Positions 28,641-39,780 are shown, counted from the stretch's first letter. The stretch is DNA of 64,000 bases from an uncultured virus (IMG/VR IMGVR_UViG_3300042294_002635) (IMGVR_UViG_3300042294_002635); one strand, 5' to 3'. A program made the numbers and translations. The notes: generated from the letters alone by a model not told the origin.

Positions 28641-29159
28641 ATGTCTAACTCCCAAGAACTAATTGAAAGGCTTAAGGAACAAATCTCGTTCTTAACCGCC
28701 GAGCTCGAACGGGCCCAACGAAAGTCAAATTCCCTCTGGAGTCAAATTCAAGGAGCGTTTCTGCAGGAAGGCAACGACGAAGAGAACGCAGAGTTCTGGG
28801 CCGACAAAATTTCGCAGATTTTGTCCGAGTGGGTTCACGCTCAGCGGACGAGTCTCTCCCAAAAGATAGTAGAAACGGGAACGATGCCCCCCTACACAGA
28901 CTGTCTCAACCACCTTGTGGTTAGTCTCTCGCCCCCTGGCTCAGCTCCCCCAAGCCTCCCCCCTGAGTTCACAGAGTTTACCAACTCTCCCTCACCTGGA
29001 CCAACTTTCATCCCAACCGGCTTGGAAGCACCGGCTTACGGGGGCCTTTCAGCAGACGCGCAAGTTGGACCGCCGAAAGAGCGTAAGATAGGGGTACCCA
29101 AGGCTATTCCCGGTGCTGTACCCTTACCGCTGCCTCCACTTTCCGAGGGTTCACCCTAA
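28641..29159 (+). CDS. Hypothetical protein (coiled-coil N-terminus, Pro-rich tail)
   Basis: 172 aa ORF. Confidence 0.6.
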   Translation: MSNSQELIERLKEQISFLTAELERAQRKSNSLWSQIQGAFLQEGNDEENAEFWADKISQILSEWVHAQRTSLSQKIVETGTMPPYTDCLNHLVVSLSPPGSAPPSLPPEFTEFTNSPSPGPTFIPTGLEAPAYGGLSADAQVGPPKERKIGVPKAIPGAVPLPLPPLSEGSP

Positions 29160-29185
29160 GCGGATCTTTGCTAAGGCGGTTTCCC
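29140..29185 (+). repeat. 46-bp exact direct repeat, copy 1 (copy 2 at 29620-29665)
   Basis: TTTCCGAGGGTTCACCCTAAGCGGATCTTTGCTAAGGCGGTTTCCC at both sites. Confidence 0.95.
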
Positions 29186-29241
29186 GGTTGCTCCGGGGCG
29201 GTTTGCCCTCCTTTGTTTCTGCAGCGCAGAAACGGTATACT
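29175..29241 (+). promoter_or_regulatory. Conserved early-promoter-like element
   Basis: Double GGCGGTTT, TTGTTT-17-TATACT, palindrome GTTTCTGC-AGC-GCAGAAAC. Confidence 0.8.
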
Positions 29242-29619
29242 AAGTATGTTGAAAGCAAATTCCCAATGGAAACTCATCAAGTCACGATCACTTTGCCCCT
29301 TAAGCTAGAGGGAGACCCGAGCACTCAAGACATTGCTAACGCCGCTGCTGCCAGCATGCGAGAACTGCCCCCTTTCCTCGAGGAAGGGTGGCTAAATAGC
29401 GTCCAACCCCCATTAAAGAAATTAACTCTTACCCCTAACCCCAACTCAAAGTGGTTCTTCAGTTTCACAAAGCTTCCACTCACCCCAATAAACGACTACA
29501 AGGGTGGAGAGACACCCGACTGCTACAAGGGTCGCTCACCGATGGGTTTTTAAAGTTCAGTCCAAGGGCGATAGATAATCGTACGAACGTTCGTTTATTC
29601 CCCCCACATTCACCAATGG

Positions 29620-29700
29620 TTTCCGAGGGTTCACCCTAAGCGGATCTTTGCTAAGGCGGTTTCCCCCGCTTTCTTCTGCTCGGCGGAAACGGTGTACTTA
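29620..29700 (+). repeat. 46-bp direct repeat copy 2, running into a promoter-like element
   Basis: Identical to 29140-29185, then TTTCTT ... AAACGG-TGTACT. Confidence 0.9.
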
Positions 29701-29722
29701 GTACAAGACCAGAGAAACTGAC

Positions 29723-30355
29723 ATGGAATCCCACACCAATTACCCCAGGACTTTTCATCTCCCTTGGTCAGAAGCTGTAACGTCTGACGACAAGGTTGTT
29801 CCGTCCGTCGTTCATTTTGAGGGCAACCTCGTGGTTGTGACGGAAAAGATGGACGGTGAGAATACAACGATGTACCGAGACTATGTTCACGCCAGGAGCC
29901 TGGACAGCAAAGGTGGTGAAGACCGCGCATGGGTGAAGCAATTCTGGGCTTCGATCCGTAGTGAAATCCCTGAAGGGTGGCGAATCTGTGGTGAAAACCT
30001 CTGGGCGAAACATTCTGTTTCTTACTCCAACTTGCACTCATACTTTTACGGGTTTAGCATTTTTGACGAGCACAACCGGGCATTGTCATGGGAGGACACT
30101 GAAGACTACTTTGAAATGTTAGGGGTCACCCCTGTTCCCGTTCTTTACTCTGGACTCTGGGACGAGACCGTGGCCCTTAATCTGGCAAAGGGCCTGGACA
30201 CCAACACGACAGAAGGCTATGTAGTTCGCCTTGCTGATTCCTTTCACTACGATAACTTTAGCACTTCTGTTGCTAAGTTTGTCCGTAAAGGTCACGTTCA
30301 AACTGACAAGCACTGGAGGACGCAGCAGCTTGTACCTAACTCTTTAGTAACCTAA
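29723..30355 (+). CDS. RNA ligase (ATP-dependent nucleotidyltransferase domain)
   Basis: YPRTFHLPWS, motif I EKMDGEN, ICGENL, EGYVVR, AKFVR. Confidence 0.88.
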   Translation: MESHTNYPRTFHLPWSEAVTSDDKVVPSVVHFEGNLVVVTEKMDGENTTMYRDYVHARSLDSKGGEDRAWVKQFWASIRSEIPEGWRICGENLWAKHSVSYSNLHSYFYGFSIFDEHNRALSWEDTEDYFEMLGVTPVPVLYSGLWDETVALNLAKGLDTNTTEGYVVRLADSFHYDNFSTSVAKFVRKGHVQTDKHWRTQQLVPNSLVT

Positions 30356-30682
30356 AACAACAACAATGCTAAACCTTGAAGTTTCAAACCGAATCACAGC
30401 TGCTGAAGCTTCACAGAGGTCTGTAACTCCCCCGGACCCACAAGCTAACCCTGAAACCGTGAGGAGATTTTTGGAGCACTGCTACAAAGCCATACGTGAG
30501 GATATTAAGAGGGGTTACGGTGTCAAGTATACGAACGTTTACTTTGGAGACTGCGATTACTCCACTAAAGGGGAAGTTGCTAGAGTTCTAGAAGAAGAAG
30601 ACGGGTACAAGGTTAGACTAGTTGGGACCCTTCACATTTTAATTTCCTGGTAATTTAATCACAACTACTTAACCTTGAAACC

Positions 30683-31186
30683 ATGGCTACTATTTACAAA
30701 CCACCGGCACAGCTACCCCCTTTCTCGTCGAGGCTCAGTGTGTTTCTTGCAGGTTCAATAGAAATGGGCTCTGCACCCGACTGGCAAGCTGACCTCGAAC
30801 ATAGTCTTGCTGACCTCGACATTGATATTTACAATCCGCGACGCGACGATTGGGACCCAACTTGGGTTCAAAGCGCCGATAACCCGGTGTTTCGAGAGCA
30901 GGTTGAGTGGGAGCTTGACGGCCTAGAGAGGGCCAGTATGGTTGTAGTATATCTAGCACCGGGCACCATGGCCCCCGTTTCTTTGTTCGAACTTGGCTTC
31001 GACACCGGACTCAGTTTCCACACTGTCAGGAAGACTGTTGTATGCTGCCCCGAAGGATTCCACCGTAAGGGCAACGTTGACATTGTTTGTGAGCGTTATG
31101 GTGTTCCCCAGGTTTCAACCTTGAACGGACTTGAGCTTGCAATACGAACTGAAAGTGACAGGTTTCAGAAAAGTTTCGTATATTAA
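30683..31186 (+). CDS. Nucleoside 2-deoxyribosyltransferase-like protein
   Basis: VFLAGSIEMG, WQ, NPRR, QVEWE, SLFELG, RKGNVDIVC. Confidence 0.85.
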   Translation: MATIYKPPAQLPPFSSRLSVFLAGSIEMGSAPDWQADLEHSLADLDIDIYNPRRDDWDPTWVQSADNPVFREQVEWELDGLERASMVVVYLAPGTMAPVSLFELGFDTGLSFHTVRKTVVCCPEGFHRKGNVDIVCERYGVPQVSTLNGLELAIRTESDRFQKSFVY

Positions 31187-31558
31187 ACATGATTTACACC
31201 ACCCACACATCATCCACCTCATACAACTATCCACCCCATCTCCCGGACTTCGAAGACATGGACTCGGACGGTGCCATTGAAATTTTGATGGGAGAAGAAG
31301 AGGACGGGTACCAACATACTCGTTTCGAGAATGTGGCGCACTATAGAAACCAGGGGTTAACGCACCCTTGGCGTCACACCAAAGACTGGGTCCCAACTTA
31401 CGACCCCCCAGAGGGAGACTTTGCATGGGCTTTGTCAAGAGTTTTGGACAAAATTACCTGTGCTAGTCACCTTCATTCCATGGCCCTTGGGCTCAGCGAC
31501 GACGAATGCCGACGCATATACTCAATGCGAGACCGGGCTAGGGAGGTAGCGAAAAACG

Positions 31559-31622
31559 GTGGATAACCGGCTGTATCGGGATGGTTTCCCGCCTTGTTTT
31601 CTCGAAGAGAAAACGCTATAGT
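31559..31622 (+). promoter_or_regulatory. Conserved early-promoter-like element
   Basis: GATGGTTTCCCGCC, TTGTTT-17-TATAGT, palindrome GTTTTCTC-GAA-GAGAAAAC. Confidence 0.8.
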
Positions 31623-31652
31623 AGTTACAAGACAAACGCTTCTGGGAAAGAC

Positions 31653-32114
31653 ATGAAAGGACAACTCCTCAATAAAATGCTGGTACTGGCGACCAACGCC
31701 CACGCCGATCAGTACGACAAGGGTGGCAACCCTTACATTTTGCACCCGCTCAAGGTGATGCATTACCTGGAAACAAACGACGTTGAGCTTCAGTGCATTG
31801 CGCTCGGCCACGACATCATTGAAGACACCAAGGTCACCTACGCAGATTTACGTGATCAGGGGTTCACTCCTCGAATCATCGAGGGCATTCGCTGCCTAAC
31901 GAAAGCACCAGGGGAAACCTACGAAGAATACAAGTTCCGTGTTTTCTCAAACGAAGACGCCATGAGAGTAAAACTCTGTGACTTGAGGCACAATACTGAC
32001 GTTCGGCGTCTGAAAGGTGTCACCGAGAACGACCTTAAGCGAATGGCTAAATACCACATGTTTTACATGGAAATTCAAGCCCGGTTACAAAATTCCGACG
32101 AAGGTGATTCTTGA
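31653..32114 (+). CDS. HD-domain small alarmone hydrolase-like protein (RelA/SpoT HD, Mesh1-like)
   Basis: AH..Q.DKGGNPYILHPL.V, HDIIEDT, VKLCDLRHN. Confidence 0.85.
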   Translation: MKGQLLNKMLVLATNAHADQYDKGGNPYILHPLKVMHYLETNDVELQCIALGHDIIEDTKVTYADLRDQGFTPRIIEGIRCLTKAPGETYEEYKFRVFSNEDAMRVKLCDLRHNTDVRRLKGVTENDLKRMAKYHMFYMEIQARLQNSDEGDS

Positions 32115-33419
32115 GGAGACTTAATCGAGTTCGCAAAAAGCCAGAATGCTACAGCCCAGGCAGGGCCAAGCCCTACACCGAAATTGCAGAGAACGACTGC
32201 TTTACGTGCCCTGAAAGAGTAACTTGCCTTGAATTTGTTGCTGAAGTTAAGGAAATGGTTGCTGCCGGTGCGTCAACCCGCCCCAGTATTCCATCTATTC
32301 CAACCGTAGAGGAGATTATGGTTTTGGCTTTTCAAGCTGAGTTGGTATACCCCACCTGCCTTGGAACTTACTTTACAACTATTCCAGATGGAGTTGATAT
32401 TACTCCTGCGTTGGTAGACTTTGCAACCAAGCTCCTAAACAAGTACGGTAATTTGCCATGACTGGCCCCTCAAAGCCCAAACTAACTTACCTCAAGCCGG
32501 TCAAGGAGTACAAGAAACTCGATTACGTACTCCCTTTTCGTTATTTGTATTGGAATACTCTAGAGGAACTGAACACACAGCTTGAAGATTTCAAAGAAAA
32601 ACTTAACCAGTTTAAGGAAGAGGGTTGGGAGGGCATTATGGATAACTACGATAAAGGCCACCCTGTGGTCAATCTCTATAAAACTCACTTCGTAGAAGAC
32701 GAGGAGTACGACAGGGCAATTACTGCTGCCTTGCAAAATAAGCCTAGTTGGGGTGATTTAGAAGAAGAGGTGATGGCCATCGGACTTCCCCTTTGGGAGT
32801 GTGACTATCAATATGAATGGACGTTTTTCTACCACACTGACCCCTCTAATTGCAGTTTTGTCGAAAACAGACCCAAAACTTATGAAAACTGAACAAAACC
32901 TAAAGGAGCCCATAGAAATCTTACTCAGAGTCTTGCTGGCGGGACACACCGTTACTGACGTAACGGGGCAGGAGTATGGTATGGACGACGAAGGGCACCT
33001 TTGTACGAAAGTAAACCGGGTACAGCCTGGCTTCTTCCCAAGTAAAGACCCAGAGCAAGTCTGGCTGCGCGTTCCGTGCGATGTGTCTGAGCTAAAGACG
33101 ATCGCCGACAGAATTGGCCGTGACACTCTTTGGTTGAAGTCTTGCGGAATTTCAATGAGATCTCTATTATGACCCCTACTGAAGAGGAGCGAGCTAATAG
33201 CACAAAGCTCTGCAAGTTGGCCACAGATAGCGCCAAAACCATCTTGAAACTTGGGGATCGACTTCGAGTAGTCAGGTGCCCCGGCACAAAGAGATGGGTT
33301 ACGTTCGACCATCGGGATGGATACTGGATCGTGACCAAGTCTGGAATTGACGACATTCAGGCAATTAACGTTGACAGGGTTAACACTGAGAGTGTTGACT
33401 TTACTACGAAAGGGGGGCA

Positions 33420-34007
33420 ATGAGTAACTGCCCCAACTGGCTGAAACCCTTTCAACGAGAAACTGAAGCGCTGGCTGCCCAAAATGCTGCGTTCAGAGAA
33501 GAAACTGAGAGAATTAGACGAGAAAATGACGCACGCAAGGAGGAAACTAAGAAAATGGGGCGGTTATCTCGAGGTCACCTTAAGCAAATTGTCCAAGCTT
33601 GTACGCTCGATCCCGGTCTCCAGGCACCCGAGTCCTCTATGACTAAATCAACAACAGCACCTCTTGACAACCTGAGGCGAACAGGTCGCACTACTCGCCT
33701 ACTTAAGGAAGCGTATCGCCTTGCTTCCAACGGAAGGGCGGTTTATGTCCTGGCCTGCCGTCACGACTACGCACTTAAAATGGAGTGCGACTTTGACGAT
33801 ATGTACGGAAAGGGGGAATCCCTTAGACTCGGCATAAAGTTCGAGACTCCAGGTGGGTTACCAAACTTTGACTTCAGAACAATGACACTCGGAAGAGGAG
33901 CCCACCCAAACTGCTGTGTTTTGGTTGATCATTACACGATTGAGCTCCACTATGCTAGACTTCTCCAGGAACTTCACCGGTTTGACGAACCTATGGACAC
34001 CAACTAG
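33420..34007 (+). CDS. Hypothetical protein with degenerate P-loop-like motif
   Basis: RRTGRTTRLL ... VLVDH. Confidence 0.5.
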   Translation: MSNCPNWLKPFQRETEALAAQNAAFREETERIRRENDARKEETKKMGRLSRGHLKQIVQACTLDPGLQAPESSMTKSTTAPLDNLRRTGRTTRLLKEAYRLASNGRAVYVLACRHDYALKMECDFDDMYGKGESLRLGIKFETPGGLPNFDFRTMTLGRGAHPNCCVLVDHYTIELHYARLLQELHRFDEPMDTN

Positions 34008-34058
34008 TAGTCCCCGAAAGAATCCGCAGGGTAAACCTTATAACCCTGAAATAACGCG

Positions 34059-34463
34059 ATGGATTACTCAGCACCTTCCGATTCAAGAACTGTTGCGGAA
34101 AGAATCCGAGACAACAATGCTGTTCTGCAATCGGTAGCTGAAAATTTCATTCTCGTGTCAAAAGCAGACCTATACGACTCTGAGCAAGCTGCGGCTTTCC
34201 TTGAGATTGACTCCGACGAAAGTGTCAGTAACTGGCTTGAAGGCGGGTACTTTCCTGGAGCTTTTCAGTCTGATGGTAGGTGGTTGTTCCCCCTCGCGTC
34301 ACTCATCGAGGTGAGGGAGCGGTTAGATGAACTTCAGTACAATAACAAACATCGGCTTCTAACCCCTGAACCTGAACCCGAGGACTACTGCAAAGTTTGC
34401 GGTGGAATCCCTGTTTCTCTGCCAAATAAGTTGGGGGTCCTAATTAGAAACACAACATTATAA
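34059..34463 (+). CDS. Excisionase/MerR-like HTH protein
   Basis: YDSEQAAAFLEI...SVSNWLEGGYFPGA...GRWLFP. Confidence 0.6.
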   Translation: MDYSAPSDSRTVAERIRDNNAVLQSVAENFILVSKADLYDSEQAAAFLEIDSDESVSNWLEGGYFPGAFQSDGRWLFPLASLIEVRERLDELQYNNKHRLLTPEPEPEDYCKVCGGIPVSLPNKLGVLIRNTTL

Positions 34464-34488
34464 CTTAGACATCATACGCCAAAACACC

Positions 34489-34818
34489 ATGCAATCCGTT
34501 AAACCTCTCGCAAACGAAGCCGAGTACGACCTTGCGCTTAAGGACATTGATAGCTGCTTGGGTGCATTGGTTGGTAGCCCCGAATACCTCCAGCTAGAGA
34601 CCTTGACAATTTTAGTAGAGGAATACGAGGCCAAGAACTGGCCTATTGCTCCCCCGGACTTGAATCCAAATCTTGAAGAGTGGTGCAGAATCGACGAAAT
34701 AAACCAAGGGGAGTACCTACGGGCTTTGGACGCGAGCCTGGTCGAACGACTCCAGTCACTGGTGGCGGGTGTCCAAGTCGACCTCGACGAGATCCTATCG
34801 CCGGACGAGTCCGACTAG
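34489..34818 (+). CDS. Chimeric antitoxin-like protein (HigA-type N-terminus, PrlF/SohA-type C-terminus)
   Basis: KPLANEAEYDLAL..I...G.PE..LE.L.ILVEEYEAKNWPI.PPD, then LRALDASLVERLQSLVAGVQVDLDE.LS. Confidence 0.65.
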   Translation: MQSVKPLANEAEYDLALKDIDSCLGALVGSPEYLQLETLTILVEEYEAKNWPIAPPDLNPNLEEWCRIDEINQGEYLRALDASLVERLQSLVAGVQVDLDEILSPDESD

Positions 34819-34891
34819 GGGGACCTCGCCAGGGAACCTTTACCTCGACTCCGGTCCAGCATACTAATTCACACTCCGAAACCACTGAAAA

Positions 34892-35485
34892 ATGAGAAAC
34901 GCCACAATATACACTCTAACTAAAACGGTCGTACCCGTTTATGACAATGACAAATACGTCAGGTACGCTCCACTCTTAGACCCTGACGAGCTATTCCGCA
35001 TACCTACAGATGACCCTGATAACAAGGTTTTATTCACGAGGAAGAATCACGTAGAAAGTCTCCCACTTCACGAGGTTGGTTTCTGCTCAAGTTTACCTCT
35101 TCGTGATCTTCCTGAGGTTGAACGTTTATACTTGGAGAGTTACGACGGGGGCCGGAAGTCCAGAAACTACGATCCATCCTACCTTCACTTATTCGCGATT
35201 GAGCCTCAGACCGAGAAGATTTTATCCACCTACATTAACCCCAAACTCCGTAATAAGGTGGTCAAGCTTGAGAACACAGTACAAGACCAAGGGCAGAAAC
35301 TTTGGGCGCTAGAGCGAAACCTTGAGGAGTCCCAGAACGATGCGCGTGTCTTAGCAAACTCCATTAGGGTTGCTGAAGAGAGGGTAGAACGATTCAGAAG
35401 AGAGCCACTACTCAAGAGACTCTGGATTGCTCTTCGACTCCGACGAGACGGTTCTAACTGTGCGACCTTGATGCCACACTTTTAA
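34892..35485 (+). CDS. Hypothetical coiled-coil protein
   Basis: 197 aa ORF. Confidence 0.6.
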   Translation: MRNATIYTLTKTVVPVYDNDKYVRYAPLLDPDELFRIPTDDPDNKVLFTRKNHVESLPLHEVGFCSSLPLRDLPEVERLYLESYDGGRKSRNYDPSYLHLFAIEPQTEKILSTYINPKLRNKVVKLENTVQDQGQKLWALERNLEESQNDARVLANSIRVAEERVERFRREPLLKRLWIALRLRRDGSNCATLMPHF

Positions 35486-35703
35486 CTCATTTAAGCAAAC
35501 ACCGAAGGTTCTAGTATGGAAGAAACTGACTACAAAACGGAGTATATGAGAATTTCAACCCTTATCGGGTCGCAATTCCCAGAATGCGAAGTTACTACGC
35601 CAGATATGGTAATACTGTTGATACACGAAAATGACACGTTGCGCATGGCACTTAACTTACCCACGAGACGTGAAGTTCTGGCGAAACTTGACGAGTTTTA
35701 AGA

Positions 35704-36432
35704 ATGACAAACAGAGAAGAAAGAATTAAACTCCAAACAACCGTTACAGCAGTGATTCATCAGGAAGGCCCATGGTGGGTGGGCCGGACTGAAGAGATTC
35801 CAAGGGTGGTTGCCCGGTGGCGTACTAGTGTGGGGTGTTTACACTACCTTGAGAAGGCGCTACGTGGTGAATCAGCGAGTACACTTGACAGTTGGTCACC
35901 ACAACCACAAACCCTTGAGCAAGTTGACGAAGGACTGCGCACAGCGTTTCGAGAGTCCCTAAAAGAGTGGGATTTGACTAAAGATGGTTCTTCCCCTTCT
36001 GTCCCGAATGTATCTCATCCAATTGAACAAAATTCCGACGCAATGACTCAGCACAATTCGATTGAAGTTCCCGATGAACTAATAGAGAGCTGGTGGCCCA
36101 TTGATCAGGAGATGCCCCCCACCAGTGCCCTCCAGCCTACGCGCAACTTCGCTAACAAGGTCGCACAATGGGGCGCCGACCAAGAGCTTGATGCTTGCTG
36201 CGAATGGTTGCGCCTCCAAGAAGATCCTCAGTTTAGTTCCGACGACGGGTGGGTGGGTAAAGACCAGGAACTTCGTGAAGCACGCAGGCCCAACGTACCT
36301 ACACTTAATGAAATTGCTCTGCAATTCATGGGGACCATCGAGAAAGACGGACGGTACCTACCCGAGATTACAAGCACTATTGTAAGAGCTTTGGTTGAAG
36401 GAGGGGAGGCTCTAAAAGAGCTCAATGGCTGA
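35704..36432 (+). CDS. Mosaic protein with HicB-like N-terminal fragment and cyanophage-type domain
   Basis: TAVIHQEGPWWVGRTEEIP; AQWGADQELDACCEWL. Confidence 0.55.
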   Translation: MTNREERIKLQTTVTAVIHQEGPWWVGRTEEIPRVVARWRTSVGCLHYLEKALRGESASTLDSWSPQPQTLEQVDEGLRTAFRESLKEWDLTKDGSSPSVPNVSHPIEQNSDAMTQHNSIEVPDELIESWWPIDQEMPPTSALQPTRNFANKVAQWGADQELDACCEWLRLQEDPQFSSDDGWVGKDQELREARRPNVPTLNEIALQFMGTIEKDGRYLPEITSTIVRALVEGGEALKELNG

Positions 36433-36667
36433 TACATTGTACAAACAGGGGTGCCCGTGCTTTTATTGTGTCAAGGAAAGAGCAAACGCCACAGCGCAAC
36501 CTTTGGTTCACCCTATGGCCGTTTGTCCAACTTGCGGCAACAAAAGGTGTCCAAAGGGAACTCACCACTCGTTCAACTGCAGCGGAAGCAACGAAGCAGG
36601 GCAATTGGGAAGCCGCTACACCTTACCTAGCATTACACACACTGGCTGCCACAATGGGCCATTTTAA
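36425..36667 (+). CDS. Small Zn-binding phage protein
   Basis: CPCFYC, CPTCGNKRCPKGTHH..C. Confidence 0.65.
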   Translation: MADTLYKQGCPCFYCVKERANATAQPLVHPMAVCPTCGNKRCPKGTHHSFNCSGSNEAGQLGSRYTLPSITHTGCHNGPF

Positions 36668-37611
36668 ATCCTAATGCCTCATAGTTACAGAACATGGAAA
36701 ACAATAGACAATGCTCCACTTGCTTCTACTCGGTTTCTTCCTTAGTTGTGGACCCTATAATAGCTTCGCTCCCTAACACACACGGCTTGACAGAGTGGCG
36801 AACTTCTACAAAGTGACACATTCAAGGTCCACCGAGAGAAGTCAATGCCGACAAAGATTGGTGCTACCAGTGGCGATCCGGAGACCGCATACGGAAAAGG
36901 CGACAAACTTTACCAGAAAAATCCCAAGCTATACTGCCGGTATAGTTAACCATAGACCATCATGCTCGCCCTACTTGCCGTAACTTACCTGCTTGTGGGC
37001 TTTGCAAGACTCCTTTCCGCACTTCCTGACTACGATCTACCGGTTATCGGACACAGAGTGAGAATTTTGGACGTCTGTGGTCACGTTTTACTCTGGCCCT
37101 GCCCAGTGACCGCAAAATTTCTAAGGAAGCTACGCCGTTGACCCGCTGAGCCAGAGCTTGGCTCCGCCCATTTAAACTTGAACACCACTAGATCCTAAGA
37201 TGAACGAAAAAACACCTCTACAGCAACTCCAAGAATGGCAAGAGCTTTCTGACCACTTTCGAACCTTGCACACGAAAGGTGTCGCTGCCCCCGAAAACTC
37301 ACTGAGTGTTGGAGTTGAGGGGTACTTAGATCCTCTTTCCAGGGAAACCACCCTAGAAGCAGGGTGGACCCTAAATGGAAAGAGATTCACACAATCTACA
37401 ACTTTCTCAACCATTTTATCGGAGTACAAAAACGGGCGGTGTGAGGAGAGTGCAGAAGCCGTTTCAAGACTCGCTGGGCTAATTGCTAAAGATGTTACAA
37501 AGGGGCTCGAAGAAGAAATGTACCGAATTTTGCTGTCGCCCCCTAATTCAGTCCTGCATCGAAATTTTGCGCCACCCGAATAACCCTACGTCACCGTCCA
37601 GGTGTAAAGTA

Positions 37612-37675
37612 CGGTTAACCTGATGCTCCGGGGGCGGTTTCCCGCCTTTACTTCTCTGGAGAAAACCGGCATACT
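37612..37675 (+). promoter_or_regulatory. Conserved early-promoter-like element
   Basis: CGGTTAAC, GGCGGTTT, TTTACT-17-CATACT. Confidence 0.75.
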
Positions 37676-37932
37676 TAGTGAAAGAAGGCCTAACACTTAG
37701 GGGGACGAAGCGATGAGAAAAAGCTGTGGATCCTGTGCCTATTACACCAAGTGGAAAAAAGACCCCCTTGTGGCAGAAAACGGCGGTAAAGGAGGTGAAT
37801 CAGCCTCAGGACTGTGTGAGTTTCTCGACGCACGCACAAAGCCCGACTGGGGTCACAGCTGCCCGCACTGGGTTGGTAAACGATACGACCGGAAATCCTT
37901 GAAAAGGCAAACACTGAGCGAAATCAACGAGA

Positions 37933-38448
37933 ATGATTAACCGAACTCTGATAGCGAGAATCCAGAGCTACTACCAGAACTGGTTCCAGGACACGAATTG
38001 GAGTGACGAGGACGTTCTCGATGCCATTACCATAGCAAAGCGTGTTGAGTCCGGAGAAGAAAAAACATATTCCTTTGAGGAAACAATGGAAGATCTCGAA
38101 CTCACCGGGGAACTTGGGCTGGTGACCCGCACCGAGAGGGGATTTGAGGTTATTGACTTTCAAGATCTACACAACAAGGAGTGCAGCCTGCAACAAAGCT
38201 CCCTTGCCGTTTATTGGGAGCCAGGGACGTCTGCGGTGTGGTTGGGCCAAGGGGAAGATAGAATGCACCTTGGGGAAGAACAGGTTCAGTCCCTGGTTAC
38301 TGTTTTGCAAAGGTGGTTGGACACAGGTTCTTTCATTCCCTACCCTACTACAGAAGTATCACCCCTCTCAAAATTTGCTGGGCGCCTTAAGAACATTTTT
38401 GGGCTTACCTTAAGACCACTCAAATCACTCACAAACCGAAACCAGTGA
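37933..38448 (+). CDS. Fusion of a RelB-like antitoxin tail and a conserved phage domain
   Basis: ED.LDA..IAKRVESGEEKTYSFEETMEDLEL; TERGF...F.D....CSLQQSSLA...AVWLG...RMHL. Confidence 0.55.
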   Translation: MINRTLIARIQSYYQNWFQDTNWSDEDVLDAITIAKRVESGEEKTYSFEETMEDLELTGELGLVTRTERGFEVIDFQDLHNKECSLQQSSLAVYWEPGTSAVWLGQGEDRMHLGEEQVQSLVTVLQRWLDTGSFIPYPTTEVSPLSKFAGRLKNIFGLTLRPLKSLTNRNQ

Positions 38449-39230
38449 CTTACGACGAAAAGACCCTTCAGTGTATTAAAGAGATTGGGGAGAAGGTTGA
38501 TCTTAGGTTGGTTCAGGAATTCACCCTTGAGCAAGAGAGCTTTTTAAGGGCCATCCTGAAACAGGAAACCTTAGCAGCTTTGGACGAGGGATTAGCCCTT
38601 GCGGTTCAGATGATAAGGGAATCCCCACCTAGCTTAACTCGTGATCAACTGGCTAATTTAATTGAGAACTGTATTGGCGACAAAAGAGCCTAAGAAGTTG
38701 TTTTATCCTCACTGGATCTTTTAACGACCCTAGACTAGCTTAAAACCAAATGGAAGCTTAATGACACTACACCCTTACAGCTATTACACAAAGCCCGAAG
38801 AGTGGCAAACGTATTACACCAAGCTTTCAGAAGACGGGGAGTCCCCGACTCTGTGTTACGAAGACCTAATTGACACCATTGTAGACCTTTACGACAAGAT
38901 CGCTAAGCTAGAGGCGAGGCTGGACCAAGAAGACTCTTATAGGCACGAACAAAATGACTGACGACGACAAGCTCCTTGCTGACTACGACTCCGAAATTCA
39001 CGGAGAATACACACCCCTGGAACCACTTACTGTTGCATCACTAATTGAGAGTCACAGACACTTAAGAAAGAAAAACTTAGAGTGGAACGGGGCGTATAAC
39101 GAAGCAGGAAGAGAAGGTTATGAGCAAGGTTACTCCTTTGGACTGAAGATGGCAACAGAAGACACGATCATGATCGAAGACCTTCGCAAAATGACTATTC
39201 AGGAACTTGCAAATCTAATCGGAGACGAGA

Positions 39231-39503
39231 ATGCCTTCTGAGTTCCCAGAGAATTTAAGCCCGGTTGCTCAGGCAGTCCGGTCCGCCGCCGGGGCAGAAT
39301 GCCCGCCGCAGTGCGTTGCCGCCGTGATCCGTGCAGTTACAGATCTGACTATTCCCTGGATTGAAATTAGACCACAAGAGAACCTGGAAAGTAGAAGAGA
39401 TGCTATGGCCTGGGGAATGACCACGCAAACTCAAATGACAAGACAAGTTCTTATGAACCTAGCCTACGATCTTGAGGGTCAACGTCTCTCATTACACCTT
39501 TAA
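39231..39503 (+). CDS. LSPxAQAV family small protein
   Basis: LSPVAQAV...VAAVIRAV...LAYDLEG. Confidence 0.6.
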   Translation: MPSEFPENLSPVAQAVRSAAGAECPPQCVAAVIRAVTDLTIPWIEIRPQENLESRRDAMAWGMTTQTQMTRQVLMNLAYDLEGQRLSLHL

Positions 39504-39757
39504 ACAATGATTAAAACTCAAATCTCTATGTTTTCACTGGTTCAAGAAATTGAACAAACAGGAGTACCTGATGTCTCGCTTAACGAACTAGAAGAGACTT
39601 TACAGTCTTTATTTTTGACTACGGTCGTAGAGTTACAACGGTATCACGAAAGTGATGCCGACACCAAGGCAAGCGACGAGCTTGCTCGGGTAATCGTCAC
39701 CAACAAAGTGATTGACTACCTTAATTCATTTAGTTCAGCTGAATGAGCTAAAACACT

Positions 39758-39780
39758 AGCCCCTTAACGGGGGCTTTTTT
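39758..39780 (+). terminator. Rho-independent terminator
   Basis: AGCCCC-TTAACG-GGGGCT-TTTTT. Confidence 0.8.
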
